A stretch of DNA of 64,000 nt from a virus (lineage: Duplodnaviria; Caudoviricetes), in the IMG/VR virus record IMGVR_UViG_3300022677_000027, positions 32,001 through 96,000 of that record; one strand, written 5' to 3'. The first letter of the stretch is position 1. Every line of letters begins with the position of its first letter. The notes under the pieces are model-generated. The model had not been told where the DNA came from, did not search any database, and saw only the letters and a list, made by a program, of their open reading frames with translations. The position numbers were made by a program, and so were the translations under genes. Positions 54,783 through 63,455 of the stretch are shown here, in pieces.

Positions 54783-55005
54783 AGGAGGTGATACTAAAAA
54801 ACCCATAGCAAAGGAGGTGGTGCGCTATGGCTAACACACTCTTTCTAGCCTATGGGCTCGGGCTTCGCGCTGCCTGGAACTGAATAGCGCAAAGGGCGGT
54901 GGCCCAGATAAATTCTAAAAAGAAACAGAGCACTTTAGCCATTTCAATGTCGCGTTGGCCGTAAATGGTGAAAATACAGCTTTCATGAGGGAAGGAGGTG
55001 ATATC

Positions 55006-55239
55006 ATGAAGCTAGACGCTGAGGTTATCTGCCAGTGTGGGAGCGTAGTAGCTATTGACTGCCCCATTGGAGCCGCCCCCAACTGCGTCGACGCCTACCA
55101 CGGAGTCAGGTGTGAGCACTGCGTAGAGGTGCTGTATGAAGACAGCGCTGCTACTGTCGAGTGTTCGCACGAACTGGCTGGCTCAGTTCCTTGTTGGGAC
55201 TGCGTGATAGGCCCGTTCCGCACTCTGGCGACTGACTAA
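55006..55239 (+). CDS. Cys-rich small protein
   Basis: Strong SD. CQC, CEHC, CWDC. The stop lies in the GACTAAG motif. Confidence 0.65.
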   Translation: MKLDAEVICQCGSVVAIDCPIGAAPNCVDAYHGVRCEHCVEVLYEDSAATVECSHELAGSVPCWDCVIGPFRTLATD

Positions 55240-55371
55240 GAGTCCGGGCTTGCCGGTGCCTGGGAACAGAAACCGGCTACAAATACAGCTTGTATGAGGG
55301 GAGGAGGTGATATCAGTAGGCCAAGAATCCTAACTGTAAAGTGGATACAATTACATTGAAAGGAGACAAAA

Positions 55372-56058
55372 ATGCAAGAAGAAAGAGAAATTAAGGGCAA
55401 TGTAGAAACTAAGGACGTCGAAGTAGGGGCAAATGAGACCGAAACGACAAAAGTCGAGGAAAAAACCCAAAATGTGTCCGATTCTGTGCAAAAAACGGAA
55501 GAAAAGGAGACAAACGAGATGGAAAAACCTACAAAAAGAACAAAAACACCAAAGAAAAAGGAGGTGAAAGTGATGGAAAGTGAATACGAGAAGAGCAAGA
55601 AAATCTTGGGGCAAGTGTGCAATAAGTTTAAAGACTGCACACTCAGCCCCACCAAGACCGGACTGAGGATCAAGAGGGGTGGTGATATTATTTGCACTGC
55701 TAATTTGCATGAATGCAAAATCACCATTCCAGTCCAGGGTGATGGGTTAAAGGTATGGCATGACAATCAGCACATGACTCGCATCCCCCATGGGCATAAG
55801 GATCTCGCCAAGCTGTTTGAAATGCGCTGCAAGGACAAGCGCACTAACCGCGAGGTGATTGATGATGTCTATGGCAAGGGTGCCGTTACCCCAGGACACG
55901 CAAGGCTGAGAGGTAAAGCTGCCCCTACAGCAGAAGAGCTCGAAGCCAAGGCAAAGGAGCTCAAGGCTCAGGCAGCAACCTTGAGGAAGGCTGAGCGCAA
56001 AGACAAGGCCACCGAGAAGGCTCGCAAGGCCAAAAAGGTAGCCAAGGCCACGGCCTAG
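55372..56058 (+). CDS. Protein with a Lys/Ala-rich tail, paralogue of 61239..61757
   Basis: AAGGAG SD. A second strong internal SD/ATG lies at 55573. Confidence 0.75.
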   Translation: MQEEREIKGNVETKDVEVGANETETTKVEEKTQNVSDSVQKTEEKETNEMEKPTKRTKTPKKKEVKVMESEYEKSKKILGQVCNKFKDCTLSPTKTGLRIKRGGDIICTANLHECKITIPVQGDGLKVWHDNQHMTRIPHGHKDLAKLFEMRCKDKRTNREVIDDVYGKGAVTPGHARLRGKAAPTAEELEAKAKELKAQAATLRKAERKDKATEKARKAKKVAKATA

Positions 56059-56098
56059 CAGTTAACAGGACGCTGACGGGATCCTGACGCGTCCACAG

Positions 56099-56553
56099 AC
56101 AGATAGCTGGGGGCCAGCAATGGCCCCCTAGCCATCAAACAAAAGGAGGTACACAAATGAAGAACAAAGAAGAGCGTAGAAAGTTCTTTGCAAAGAAGCA
56201 CCTTCCGCCTGAGTCAGAGCGTGGCAAGTGTCCTGGCAAAGACTGCGACCCATCTTATGAGCCAACTCGCAAAGATGCTTGGCTCATAGGGCTGGACAGC
56301 TCCTATTGTCCGTGTTGCGGAACGATAGGGAATGTAATCTGCGAGAGCAGCTCGCTCCAAAGCGTACCTGAAACCACTGACGGTGAGCATAAGTACAGAC
56401 TTGTTGCTGAAGATAGCCACTGTACTTGCTGCGGTTATGAATTTCACATCAGGTATTGGGTTCAACTTTATGATGTGAAAGTAGGGTTTATTAACAAGTA
56501 GCCAACAGATAGCTGGGGGCCAACAATGGCCCCTAGCTATCAAACAAAAGGAG
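56099..56553 (+). repeat. Two ~50-bp hairpin+SD direct repeats flanking gene 56157..56501
   Basis: ACAGATAGCTGGGGGCCA(G/A)CAATGGCCCC(C)TAGC(C/T)ATCAAACAAAAGGAG at about 56099 and 56505. Confidence 0.9.
56157..56501 (+). CDS. Zn-ribbon protein
   Basis: CPCCG...CTCCG. Confidence 0.7.
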   Translation: MKNKEERRKFFAKKHLPPESERGKCPGKDCDPSYEPTRKDAWLIGLDSSYCPCCGTIGNVICESSSLQSVPETTDGEHKYRLVAEDSHCTCCGYEFHIRYWVQLYDVKVGFINK

Positions 56554-56559
56554 ATTGCC

Positions 56560-56961
56560 ATGATTAGACATGCAAATGACCCCAAAGCGTTGCCGCCGAG
56601 GTTCTATGTGGAGAAGCGTGCGCTGTCCATTGCACAGACCATAATTGCAGACATTGCCAATAAGCCAGACATTGAGCACAAAGGGTGCGTGCTCAACATT
56701 GATTGTGGTCACTATGCAATGCTCTTGGTTGAGACCAACGAAACTGTTGGCTGCCACCTTTGCGGAGGTAGCGGTTTGTTGATATGGGTTGGCGGCAACG
56801 GACTTCTGTATGGATGTGTTAGCTGCAATGACTGTGAGAACCTCGTGTTTGATCGCGTTGAAGGTAAAGCAAAGGAAATTGTAAGACTGCACCTTCCTGA
56901 GGTGGTCGAACTTATGGACGTTGCATTTGAGGCCATTACAGATGAGCTGTCCGACAATTAA
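56560..56961 (+). CDS. Zn-ribbon protein
   Basis: CHLCGG...CNDC. Confidence 0.7.
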   Translation: MIRHANDPKALPPRFYVEKRALSIAQTIIADIANKPDIEHKGCVLNIDCGHYAMLLVETNETVGCHLCGGSGLLIWVGGNGLLYGCVSCNDCENLVFDRVEGKAKEIVRLHLPEVVELMDVAFEAITDELSDN

Positions 56962-57010
56962 CCCCCAAAGACCTGGGTCATGTCATTAAACTGACCCTAA
57001 GGAGGCACAC

Positions 57011-57334
57011 ATGGAAAAGCCAAAACTGGAAAACATTGAGTGGTTCTGGCGAGCGGACTGCAAAGAGGCAGGCTTGACTGTTTGCATGTTCACTGGTGAT
57101 GCAATCGAGCAGGAATTAGAAAGGCTGCTCATAGACGGGGACAACGAGGAGGTGGTTAGCCGCATTAGGGAGCTTGGCGAGCTAAAGGCTATTGTGATGA
57201 CAATGCCAATAGAGTACGAAGAACCGCTTAGTGGGGTGATATACCACACTACTAAAGGCGGATATGCAGAGCTGACCAGATTTGAAATGCGCATTAACGG
57301 TCAGTTTGGCTTTTGTTTAACCCTTAAGGAATAG
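57011..57334 (+). CDS. Hypothetical protein
   Basis: TAAGGAGG SD. Confidence 0.7.
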   Translation: MEKPKLENIEWFWRADCKEAGLTVCMFTGDAIEQELERLLIDGDNEEVVSRIRELGELKAIVMTMPIEYEEPLSGVIYHTTKGGYAELTRFEMRINGQFGFCLTLKE

Positions 57335-57414
57335 GAGGTACACAAGCTGGCAAAAATTGGTGGTTAACACCTAACCGTGGGGGCCTCGTGCCCCCACAAA
57401 GAAAGGAGATAGTC

Positions 57415-58425
57415 ATGTTTGAAAAAGTGAAGACATCTATGTGTACAGTAAAGGACATCCATGAGATCATTGAACAGTGCCATGCTACTGAGAACACCCC
57501 AATCTTCGTTGGCGACAGTGGCATTGGCAAGACCTACAACATACTAGAGTATGCCGCCATGAGGAAAATGCACTCAGAAGTCCTAAACTGCTCAGACCTG
57601 TTTGTTGAGGACTTTGGTGCCATAAGAGATGAGAATGGATATGTAAGGTTTGTGCTAAATGAGATATTCAACGTGCCCAAGGAAGGCACCGCCCTGTTCT
57701 TTATAGATGAGTTCAGCAGGGCGAGAGGAGACCTGCGCAACCTCATCGCTGGCATGGTCAACGAGCGCAAGGTGTATGGCAGACCGATCCCAGATAACAT
57801 CCGATTTGCAATAGCAATGAACCCACCAACAGAGGATTACGGTGACACAGACGATCCGTTTGTTGACATGGCTACTGCCAGACGCTACGCCATCTTCAAT
57901 GTGGTTGCAGATGCTCAACAATGGTTGGCCTGGGGCAGGCGCAACGGTGTAAGTGAAAAGACCAGAGCCTTCATAGCACAGCATCCAAGTTATCTGATAG
58001 GAGGCCAGGCTTGCCCGAGGCAATGGGTAAAGCTTGACAATCTGATCAAGAAATACGGCGAGAACGCTGCCACACGGTATGCGCTTGGGACGGTCGGGTC
58101 AGCAGGCATTGAATTCATAGCCTTCCTTACAAACAAGAAAATCGTAACCACAGAAGACATCATTGAAAACTATGCCGCAGTAAGGAAGGGTGTCATGGAG
58201 AGTAAAGAATTGCAGTTGGGGTTAGGATTGCAGCTCTGCAACAGAAAGCTTAAGGCAAAGGACAAAAGAAATATAACCATGTTCTTTCTTGATCTCAATG
58301 AAGAGATCAAGTATAAAGTGATACTCGACCTATCGGAAAGTAAACTGAACAGCAAATTAGTTATGGATTGGGTCGATAACAATCAATCGCTGAGAGAATT
58401 CATGGAAGAGCAGAGCTCTTACTAA
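57415..58425 (+). CDS. MoxR-like AAA+ ATPase
   Basis: Walker A GDSGIGKT, Walker B LFFIDEFSR, AIAMNP, DxAxxRR and CPRQW. Confidence 0.9.
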   Translation: MFEKVKTSMCTVKDIHEIIEQCHATENTPIFVGDSGIGKTYNILEYAAMRKMHSEVLNCSDLFVEDFGAIRDENGYVRFVLNEIFNVPKEGTALFFIDEFSRARGDLRNLIAGMVNERKVYGRPIPDNIRFAIAMNPPTEDYGDTDDPFVDMATARRYAIFNVVADAQQWLAWGRRNGVSEKTRAFIAQHPSYLIGGQACPRQWVKLDNLIKKYGENAATRYALGTVGSAGIEFIAFLTNKKIVTTEDIIENYAAVRKGVMESKELQLGLGLQLCNRKLKAKDKRNITMFFLDLNEEIKYKVILDLSESKLNSKLVMDWVDNNQSLREFMEEQSSY

Positions 58426-58440
58426 CAAAGGAGGTGCAAC

Positions 58441-59541
58441 ATGAATAAGACAAATCTGTTATCAAGAGTAAAAGCCATCCTAGCGGACAAAAGCGGCATC
58501 GAAGCGAACTGGATGTTAACGGCTATTGATTCAATGAACTTGACCATAGTGCCGAGGATAAATGCACCGTTCGGCACTACAGAAGCAGCAGTCTACTATA
58601 AGAACAAAAAATTCAACATATTGATGTCCGAAAATGCTGCCTCTGCGTCTCCGGCCTTAGTGACCTTCTATGCAAAACACGAAGCCATGCATGTTCTGCT
58701 AGGCCATCTGACAAATAGATGGATGTTTGAACTCAACAATGACCGTGAACGAACCAATATAGCAATGGATGTTGCGATACATGAAATAATACCAATGCCG
58801 AAACCAGCAAAGGGATGTAAGGTTGAAACCGTATTCCACAACCATGAGAGCATAAGAAGAAACGCAACAGCAGACTATTACCTAGACCAATTGAAAGAAA
58901 GCCCCAATGCAGAGCTACACGCAGGTTGTGACATTCTAAAAGGAGACCCGTGCGATGGGATAGCAGTGGAGAGCTTTATAAATGAAGTTAGCAGAATCGC
59001 AGGGAGCATGCCTGGCTATCTTGAGCGAGCTGTAACAGCAGCTCGTGGCATAAGAGTTGACCAATTCATAAGCTCTCTTACGCAAATAGTAGACGCCACG
59101 GGTGGCAAGGGAATTAAGAAAACATGGTCAAGAGCAAACAGAAGGAACCCATCATTTAGAGGCAAGATAAGACAGCAAAAATTCAAGCTAGCCTTCCTGT
59201 ATGATGTATCTGGCTCCATCACACAGGCTGAACTAAACAAAATAGGCGGTGCCCTATGTAAGATGAATGACTATTGCGACATATTTGTCATGCCCACAGA
59301 CACAGAAGTACATAACCCCTACTGGTTTAAGGGTAAAATACCACACATGGGAGGAGGGGGAGGAACAGAATTCTACAAAGCGTTTGACCTTGCAGAAAGC
59401 ATGAGGTTCAACACACTGGCTATATTCACAGATGGGTGGTGTGAATATCCAGAAAGCACAACAATAAAGAATGTTATTTGGGGCATAATTGTTGACAGGT
59501 CTTCTTTCAAACCACTATTCGGAAAGGTAATCTATCTATAG
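58441..59541 (+). CDS. Metallopeptidase-like plus VWA domain protein (DUF2201-type)
   Basis: HEAMH, NIAMDVAI, MIDAS DVSGS, GGGTEF and FTDG. Confidence 0.9.
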   Translation: MNKTNLLSRVKAILADKSGIEANWMLTAIDSMNLTIVPRINAPFGTTEAAVYYKNKKFNILMSENAASASPALVTFYAKHEAMHVLLGHLTNRWMFELNNDRERTNIAMDVAIHEIIPMPKPAKGCKVETVFHNHESIRRNATADYYLDQLKESPNAELHAGCDILKGDPCDGIAVESFINEVSRIAGSMPGYLERAVTAARGIRVDQFISSLTQIVDATGGKGIKKTWSRANRRNPSFRGKIRQQKFKLAFLYDVSGSITQAELNKIGGALCKMNDYCDIFVMPTDTEVHNPYWFKGKIPHMGGGGGTEFYKAFDLAESMRFNTLAIFTDGWCEYPESTTIKNVIWGIIVDRSSFKPLFGKVIYL

Positions 59542-59551
59542 GAGGTGCAAC

Positions 59552-60592
59552 ATGAATAAGTTCAAGATGCTAAAGGTTATTAGAGATTCAAAAGACCCCT
59601 TTACTAACTATGAAGAAGTGCGTGAATTTATGGCCCACTACGAAAATTGCAAAACTATTAAAGAACCCTCTCACTCGGACGCTTATAACAAGGTGTGCAA
59701 GAATGTATTTAACGCCATCAAGAAAAAGCCTTATCTAGTCTCTGGAAAAACAAAGTTTTATCTAGCCTCAGGGACTAATTTTTCCGATCGCCCGGTATGC
59801 CAAACAAGAAAATACGCCAAACAGCACTATGGCGAAGCGAACCCAATTCTGATAACGCCGGAAATTGCAAAGGAGATAGCAACTTTTATTACAAAAGGAC
59901 CAATCAGATTTATTGAGTGGGGTCTCTTAGGAGAACTGCTCCACACTGGGAAATACTATGAAATAAAAGACATGGCGGAAAATGGAGAGTTGGAAAAAGC
60001 CTTAAAGGTGTTAAACAATGCAAATATTAACAGCGCCTTAAAGGTGTTAAATAATGCAAATATTAACAGCGCCTACGAAATTTCAAATTATGACTCGGTC
60101 CACTATCTAAGGAGAACAAAAGCAAACGCACCACTGATAAGAAAACTAGAAGCAAGCAGAATAAGGAAAAAGATGGAAAAAAGCATTGGTGATCTTAAAA
60201 ACATAAAAGAAGGAGATCTTTACAAGGTAAAATTCTCTTATGATTATTATCCCAAGCCTTCTCAATCAATCAAAGAACTAAAGCATAGTATCTCAGGCGC
60301 AGCGCTGAAACTTATAGAGCTAGAAGCCATGGACAACTGGACCCCTGTTTTTAAAGTAAGACCACTTAAGGAAAACACAGTAGTATTCAAAGAGTACGAA
60401 AAGAACATGGACGAAGAAGGCTGGTGTGAATACAGGAAGATCGCAAAGGGCGATGGCCTGCGCTGTGGAGGAAGAATAGCAAATCTGATATACACCAAGC
60501 AGATAGAAAGCAGATTGGTCAAGAGAGGTGGCCGCATGGTTAGAGAGATCAGGGTTCTTGAGACTGCCGAAAACGTCTACACATACGATTAA
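59552..60592 (+). CDS. Hypothetical protein, 346 aa
   Basis: AGGAGGTG SD. Contains an internal 36-bp tandem duplication. Confidence 0.75.
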   Translation: MNKFKMLKVIRDSKDPFTNYEEVREFMAHYENCKTIKEPSHSDAYNKVCKNVFNAIKKKPYLVSGKTKFYLASGTNFSDRPVCQTRKYAKQHYGEANPILITPEIAKEIATFITKGPIRFIEWGLLGELLHTGKYYEIKDMAENGELEKALKVLNNANINSALKVLNNANINSAYEISNYDSVHYLRRTKANAPLIRKLEASRIRKKMEKSIGDLKNIKEGDLYKVKFSYDYYPKPSQSIKELKHSISGAALKLIELEAMDNWTPVFKVRPLKENTVVFKEYEKNMDEEGWCEYRKIAKGDGLRCGGRIANLIYTKQIESRLVKRGGRMVREIRVLETAENVYTYD

Positions 60593-60801
60593 TAATATCT
60601 GGTAGCTAAGAGACAGTACAGACCTCTGAAGCCAATATCTCTTTGGGGGCATAATAGTGTCCCTTGGTTAAATAAAGAAAAAAATTTCTTTAAAAATGTG
60701 TCCGTAGCTGATTTACACGGTGTAGTGTGCTCCGCTCATAGGGTACAAATCGGTCTTCTCTTCGCTCGCGCAGACTTAGCGTGAAAAGCCATTTTTCAAT
60801 T

Positions 60802-60837
60802 TCATACACGTCATACACGTCATACACGTCATACACG
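60802..60837. repeat. Tandem repeat, 9 bp x 4 (TCATACACG)
   Basis: Read directly from the sequence. Confidence 0.95.
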
Positions 60838-60920
60838 AACATAGCAGTTGAAGCCGATTCACACGATGTGGTGTGTCTTTATCGGATGTTCATTTGCTTC
60901 GCATTGCCCATACCTATATC

Positions 60921-61060
60921 ACATATATCATGCAAAAATTAGTCCCGTGGCACAAAAAAAAAGACTCCTACATATATCATGCAAAAATTAGTCCCGTGGC
61001 ACAAAAAAAAGACTCCTACATATATCATGCAAAAATTAGTCCCGTGGCACAAAAAAAAGA
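60921..61060. repeat. Tandem repeat, ~48 bp x 3 (ACATATATCATGCAAAAATTAGTCCCGTGGCACAAAAAAAAGACTCCT)
   Basis: Read directly from the sequence. The third copy is truncated. Confidence 0.95.
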
Positions 61061-61083
61061 TAGTGATGCTATGCGTTTTTTGC

Positions 61084-61112
61084 TTGCATCATATATATAT
61101 GTGGTATATAAT
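61084..61112 (+). promoter_or_regulatory. Sigma70-type promoter
   Basis: TTGCAT-17 bp-TATAAT. Confidence 0.75.
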
Positions 61113-61238
61113 AAGACTAGCAAAAATGGCAATGGACTATTGGACCTAAATAAGCTACGCAAGGAGGTGACACCATAGGTGGCTGGCAAGGTTGACCATG
61201 CTACATCAAAAACCCTAATAACGCAAAGGAGGCAGCCA

Positions 61239-61757
61239 ATGCGACCAAAGGAAATGGACAACGACTTTGTGAAGCGAGCTGAAGCATTCAGAAAAATGCT
61301 AAGCAAGCCAAAAGTGACCAAGGCTGGTGACTTCACGGTCGGCGTGACCAAGACCGGATGCATCCAGGTCAGGCGGAAAGGCGAGGTCATTATAGCTCTC
61401 ACGAGACATGCTGGCAAGGTCGTGCTCCCACCCTCGGACATCAAGGAACTTGCCCCTCACGCCACAGCTCCTGGTGACAACAAACACATGAGCTGGGTTC
61501 CTTGGAATGAGATGAGTGAAGACCTCATCATCCGGCGACTGAGGGACAAGCGGTCTAATGCTCAGGTGATGGAGGACGTCTATGGGAAAGGGAAAATGTC
61601 CAGCTCTCAAGAGAGATACAGGGAGTTGAAGACTGAAGCAACCAAGGAAACAGAGAAGACCAAGAAAGCCAAAGGAACTCAGAAAAGGACGACTAAGGCC
61701 AAGACAAAGAAAAAAGGAGCACCAAAGGCTCTGAAGGCCAAAGCTGCTCAGGCCTAG
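61239..61757 (+). CDS. Protein with a Lys/Ala-rich tail, paralogue of 55372..56058
   Basis: AAAGGAGG SD. Shares TKTG, DNxHM and DKRxN...DVYGKG with the paralogue. Confidence 0.8.
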   Translation: MRPKEMDNDFVKRAEAFRKMLSKPKVTKAGDFTVGVTKTGCIQVRRKGEVIIALTRHAGKVVLPPSDIKELAPHATAPGDNKHMSWVPWNEMSEDLIIRRLRDKRSNAQVMEDVYGKGKMSSSQERYRELKTEATKETEKTKKAKGTQKRTTKAKTKKKGAPKALKAKAAQA

Positions 61758-61774
61758 AGATGCCCATGACCACC

Positions 61775-61812
61775 AAAAAAGGAACCCGCTTCCACAGGGG
61801 TTTCTTTTTTTT
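61775..61812 (+). terminator. Intrinsic terminator, possibly bidirectional
   Basis: AAAAAAGGAACCC...GGGTTTCTTTTTTTT. Confidence 0.75.
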
Positions 61813-62049
61813 GTCCCAGAGAACACCTTTTTTCCACTCCTGCAGAACAACAAGATGTTCTGTTCAGATCGTTCGAGTGGGGTTGGCACCCTTATGGGTG
61901 TGTAGTGGGGAGGGTGCATTGAGAGACCACAGATACAAGAAGAACAATTCCCTTTGTGATGTTCTCACAGAACGACAGGAGGGCATTCAGAACGCATCAT
62001 GCAGAGAAATCTATGATGCGTTTTCTGAGAGGGTCTCACCCCTCTCGCC

Positions 62050-62223
62050 CCTTATGAGCATTCTGACCCCGACTCTTATGAGCATTTTGACAAAGAAATC
62101 TTCTCCCCTTATAGGCATTTTGACAAAGAATCTGTACAGAATAAGAGAAAAATACACATCACAAGAACGTGATTGTGCATTCGCTTTGCCCTATGGCACA
62201 AGGCGCTCCTATGGCACAAGGCC
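62050..62223. repeat. Short imperfect direct repeats (CTTATGAGCATTYTGAC-like x 3; CCTATGGCACAAGGC x 2)
   Basis: Read directly from the intergenic sequence. Confidence 0.75.
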
Positions 62224-62308
62224 TAACAATACACTGCCTAAGACGCCATAAGATGCTAGGATTGGAAAGAGGTTCTTTTGAAGAGAATAGAATAGAAAGG
62301 AGAATGTG

Positions 62309-62755
62309 ATGAGTGAGAGACTTAAGGATGTTCTGAAGGAAAATGACCTTGTTGACCTGTTTGTCAACAAGATGAGAATGTTCTCTGTGTCTTCCTCCAG
62401 TGGGACGCATGACTCTGTTGACCCAACCCATCTTGAGGAGTGGAAGTGTGAAGTGTGGCTCGAATATGGATATTCCACTGCAGAGTCAGAATTCCTTGAG
62501 GAGGAGGGAGGAGGCGAGTTTCCTGAGTCTGAGACTGTGACTGTCCACATGCTCGACTGCACATGGGGAGTGGAATTTGAGTTGGAGACGTCTGTGGGGA
62601 TCGAGAAGGGATTTTTCGGACGAGAGATGCGTGGAGAAGGAGAATGGCATCGAGTGACTCCGAGATTCTTTGAGATCATGGCTGACCTGCTGCTCAATGG
62701 AGACGCGGAACCTGCTGAGCAAGATGATCGAGAGAACCCGTGTGCTGAGATGTGA
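62309..62755 (+). CDS. Highly acidic hypothetical protein
   Basis: AAAGGAG SD. Glu/Asp-rich. Confidence 0.75.
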   Translation: MSERLKDVLKENDLVDLFVNKMRMFSVSSSSGTHDSVDPTHLEEWKCEVWLEYGYSTAESEFLEEEGGGEFPESETVTVHMLDCTWGVEFELETSVGIEKGFFGREMRGEGEWHRVTPRFFEIMADLLLNGDAEPAEQDDRENPCAEM

Positions 62756-62788
62756 GATTGTGTGCCAGAGAGGAAGGAGGTGAGAAAT

Positions 62789-62887
62789 GTGAAGCTGACA
62801 AAACTTGCCCTGGAATTTGCAGTGGCTCTCGGTGTCTGCATGATCCTGTTTGTTGCATTCGCAAAGGCGATCATGGCTGTCTGGTGA
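62789..62887 (+). CDS. 32-aa membrane peptide
   Basis: AAGGAGGTGA SD, GTG start. MKLTKLALEFAVALGVCMILFVAFAKAIMAVW. Confidence 0.6.
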   Translation: MKLTKLALEFAVALGVCMILFVAFAKAIMAVW

Positions 62888-62904
62888 GAAAGGAGGTGGA
62901 CAAA

Positions 62905-63180
62905 ATGGTTAGAAAGAACCTGTGCATCGTGTTCAAATGTAAGGATCCGGGACCAGTGGTCACCGAGCATCTGCGATATGCGGGGCTCGTGAGCGTGGGA
63001 GACCGAGATAGAGGTGTGAGCATGCCTTATGATGCTGCCAAGGCAATGGGACCCCTGAAAGAAGGAGAGATCATCGTCAAGATGAAGTGTCCTCCAGAAC
63101 AAAGAGCCGAAGTCTGGCAGGAACAAAACCTGGAGAGACTGAGAAGCTTTGGCGTGAAGGCCGAGGCATTTATGTACTAA
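62905..63180 (+). CDS. Hypothetical protein
   Basis: AAAGGAGGTG SD before ATG 62905. Confidence 0.7.
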   Translation: MVRKNLCIVFKCKDPGPVVTEHLRYAGLVSVGDRDRGVSMPYDAAKAMGPLKEGEIIVKMKCPPEQRAEVWQEQNLERLRSFGVKAEAFMY

Positions 63181-63194
63181 GGAGGTGGACAAAT

Positions 63195-63455
63195 ATGAAT
63201 ATGAACAGATATGAAGGAGAAAACGCTAGAGACATCTGCCAAGACGCAATTTTGGTCCAAGACGCCTGCAATTTGTCAGGCGTGGCCCATTCTCTGGCAG
63301 AAATGTGCTCCTTTCTGTGGAAACAGGGCTTGGAAACAGAGGCCATAAAGAAACATCCGGCTGTGATCCTTGTGGTGGACAAGATGAATGATCTGGTGGG
63401 CAGACCAGATTTTGACGCCTATGCAGAAGCATATAAAGCATGTAGAGGGGAATGA
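63195..63455 (+). CDS. Hypothetical phage protein (DAILVQDACNLSGVAHS...HPAV)
   Basis: TAAGGAGGTG SD. Confidence 0.7.
   Translation: MNMNRYEGENARDICQDAILVQDACNLSGVAHSLAEMCSFLWKQGLETEAIKKHPAVILVVDKMNDLVGRPDFDAYAEAYKACRGE

Larger units (their letters stand above)
52851..55277 (+). ncRNA. Candidate structured RNA motif, about 46 nt, 4 copies (52851-52896, 53941-53983, 54319-54365, 55233-55277)
   Basis: TGACTAAG-hairpin, then a covarying stem enclosing RCYTGGSAACMGAA. Confidence 0.6.

Noticed and set aside
52851-55277. Hammerhead ribozymes
   Set aside because: The core reads UGACUA rather than CUGANGA, and the GAAA and stem arrangement do not fit.
60921-61060. CRISPR array
   Set aside because: The repeats are contiguous with no unique spacers, and there are no cas genes. 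The same holds for 50326-50461.
60873-61178. 101-aa ORF across the 48-bp repeats
   Set aside because: It is a translation of tandem repeats overlapping a promoter, with no SD.
60929-62223. Sigma54 promoters at the TGGCAC motifs
   Set aside because: There is no TTGC at the required -12 spacing on either strand.
62209-63192. 327-aa antisense ORF and other long overlapping ORFs at 61-63.5 kb
   Set aside because: TA depletion removes TAA/TAG stops in all frames. The plus-strand genes have strong SDs.
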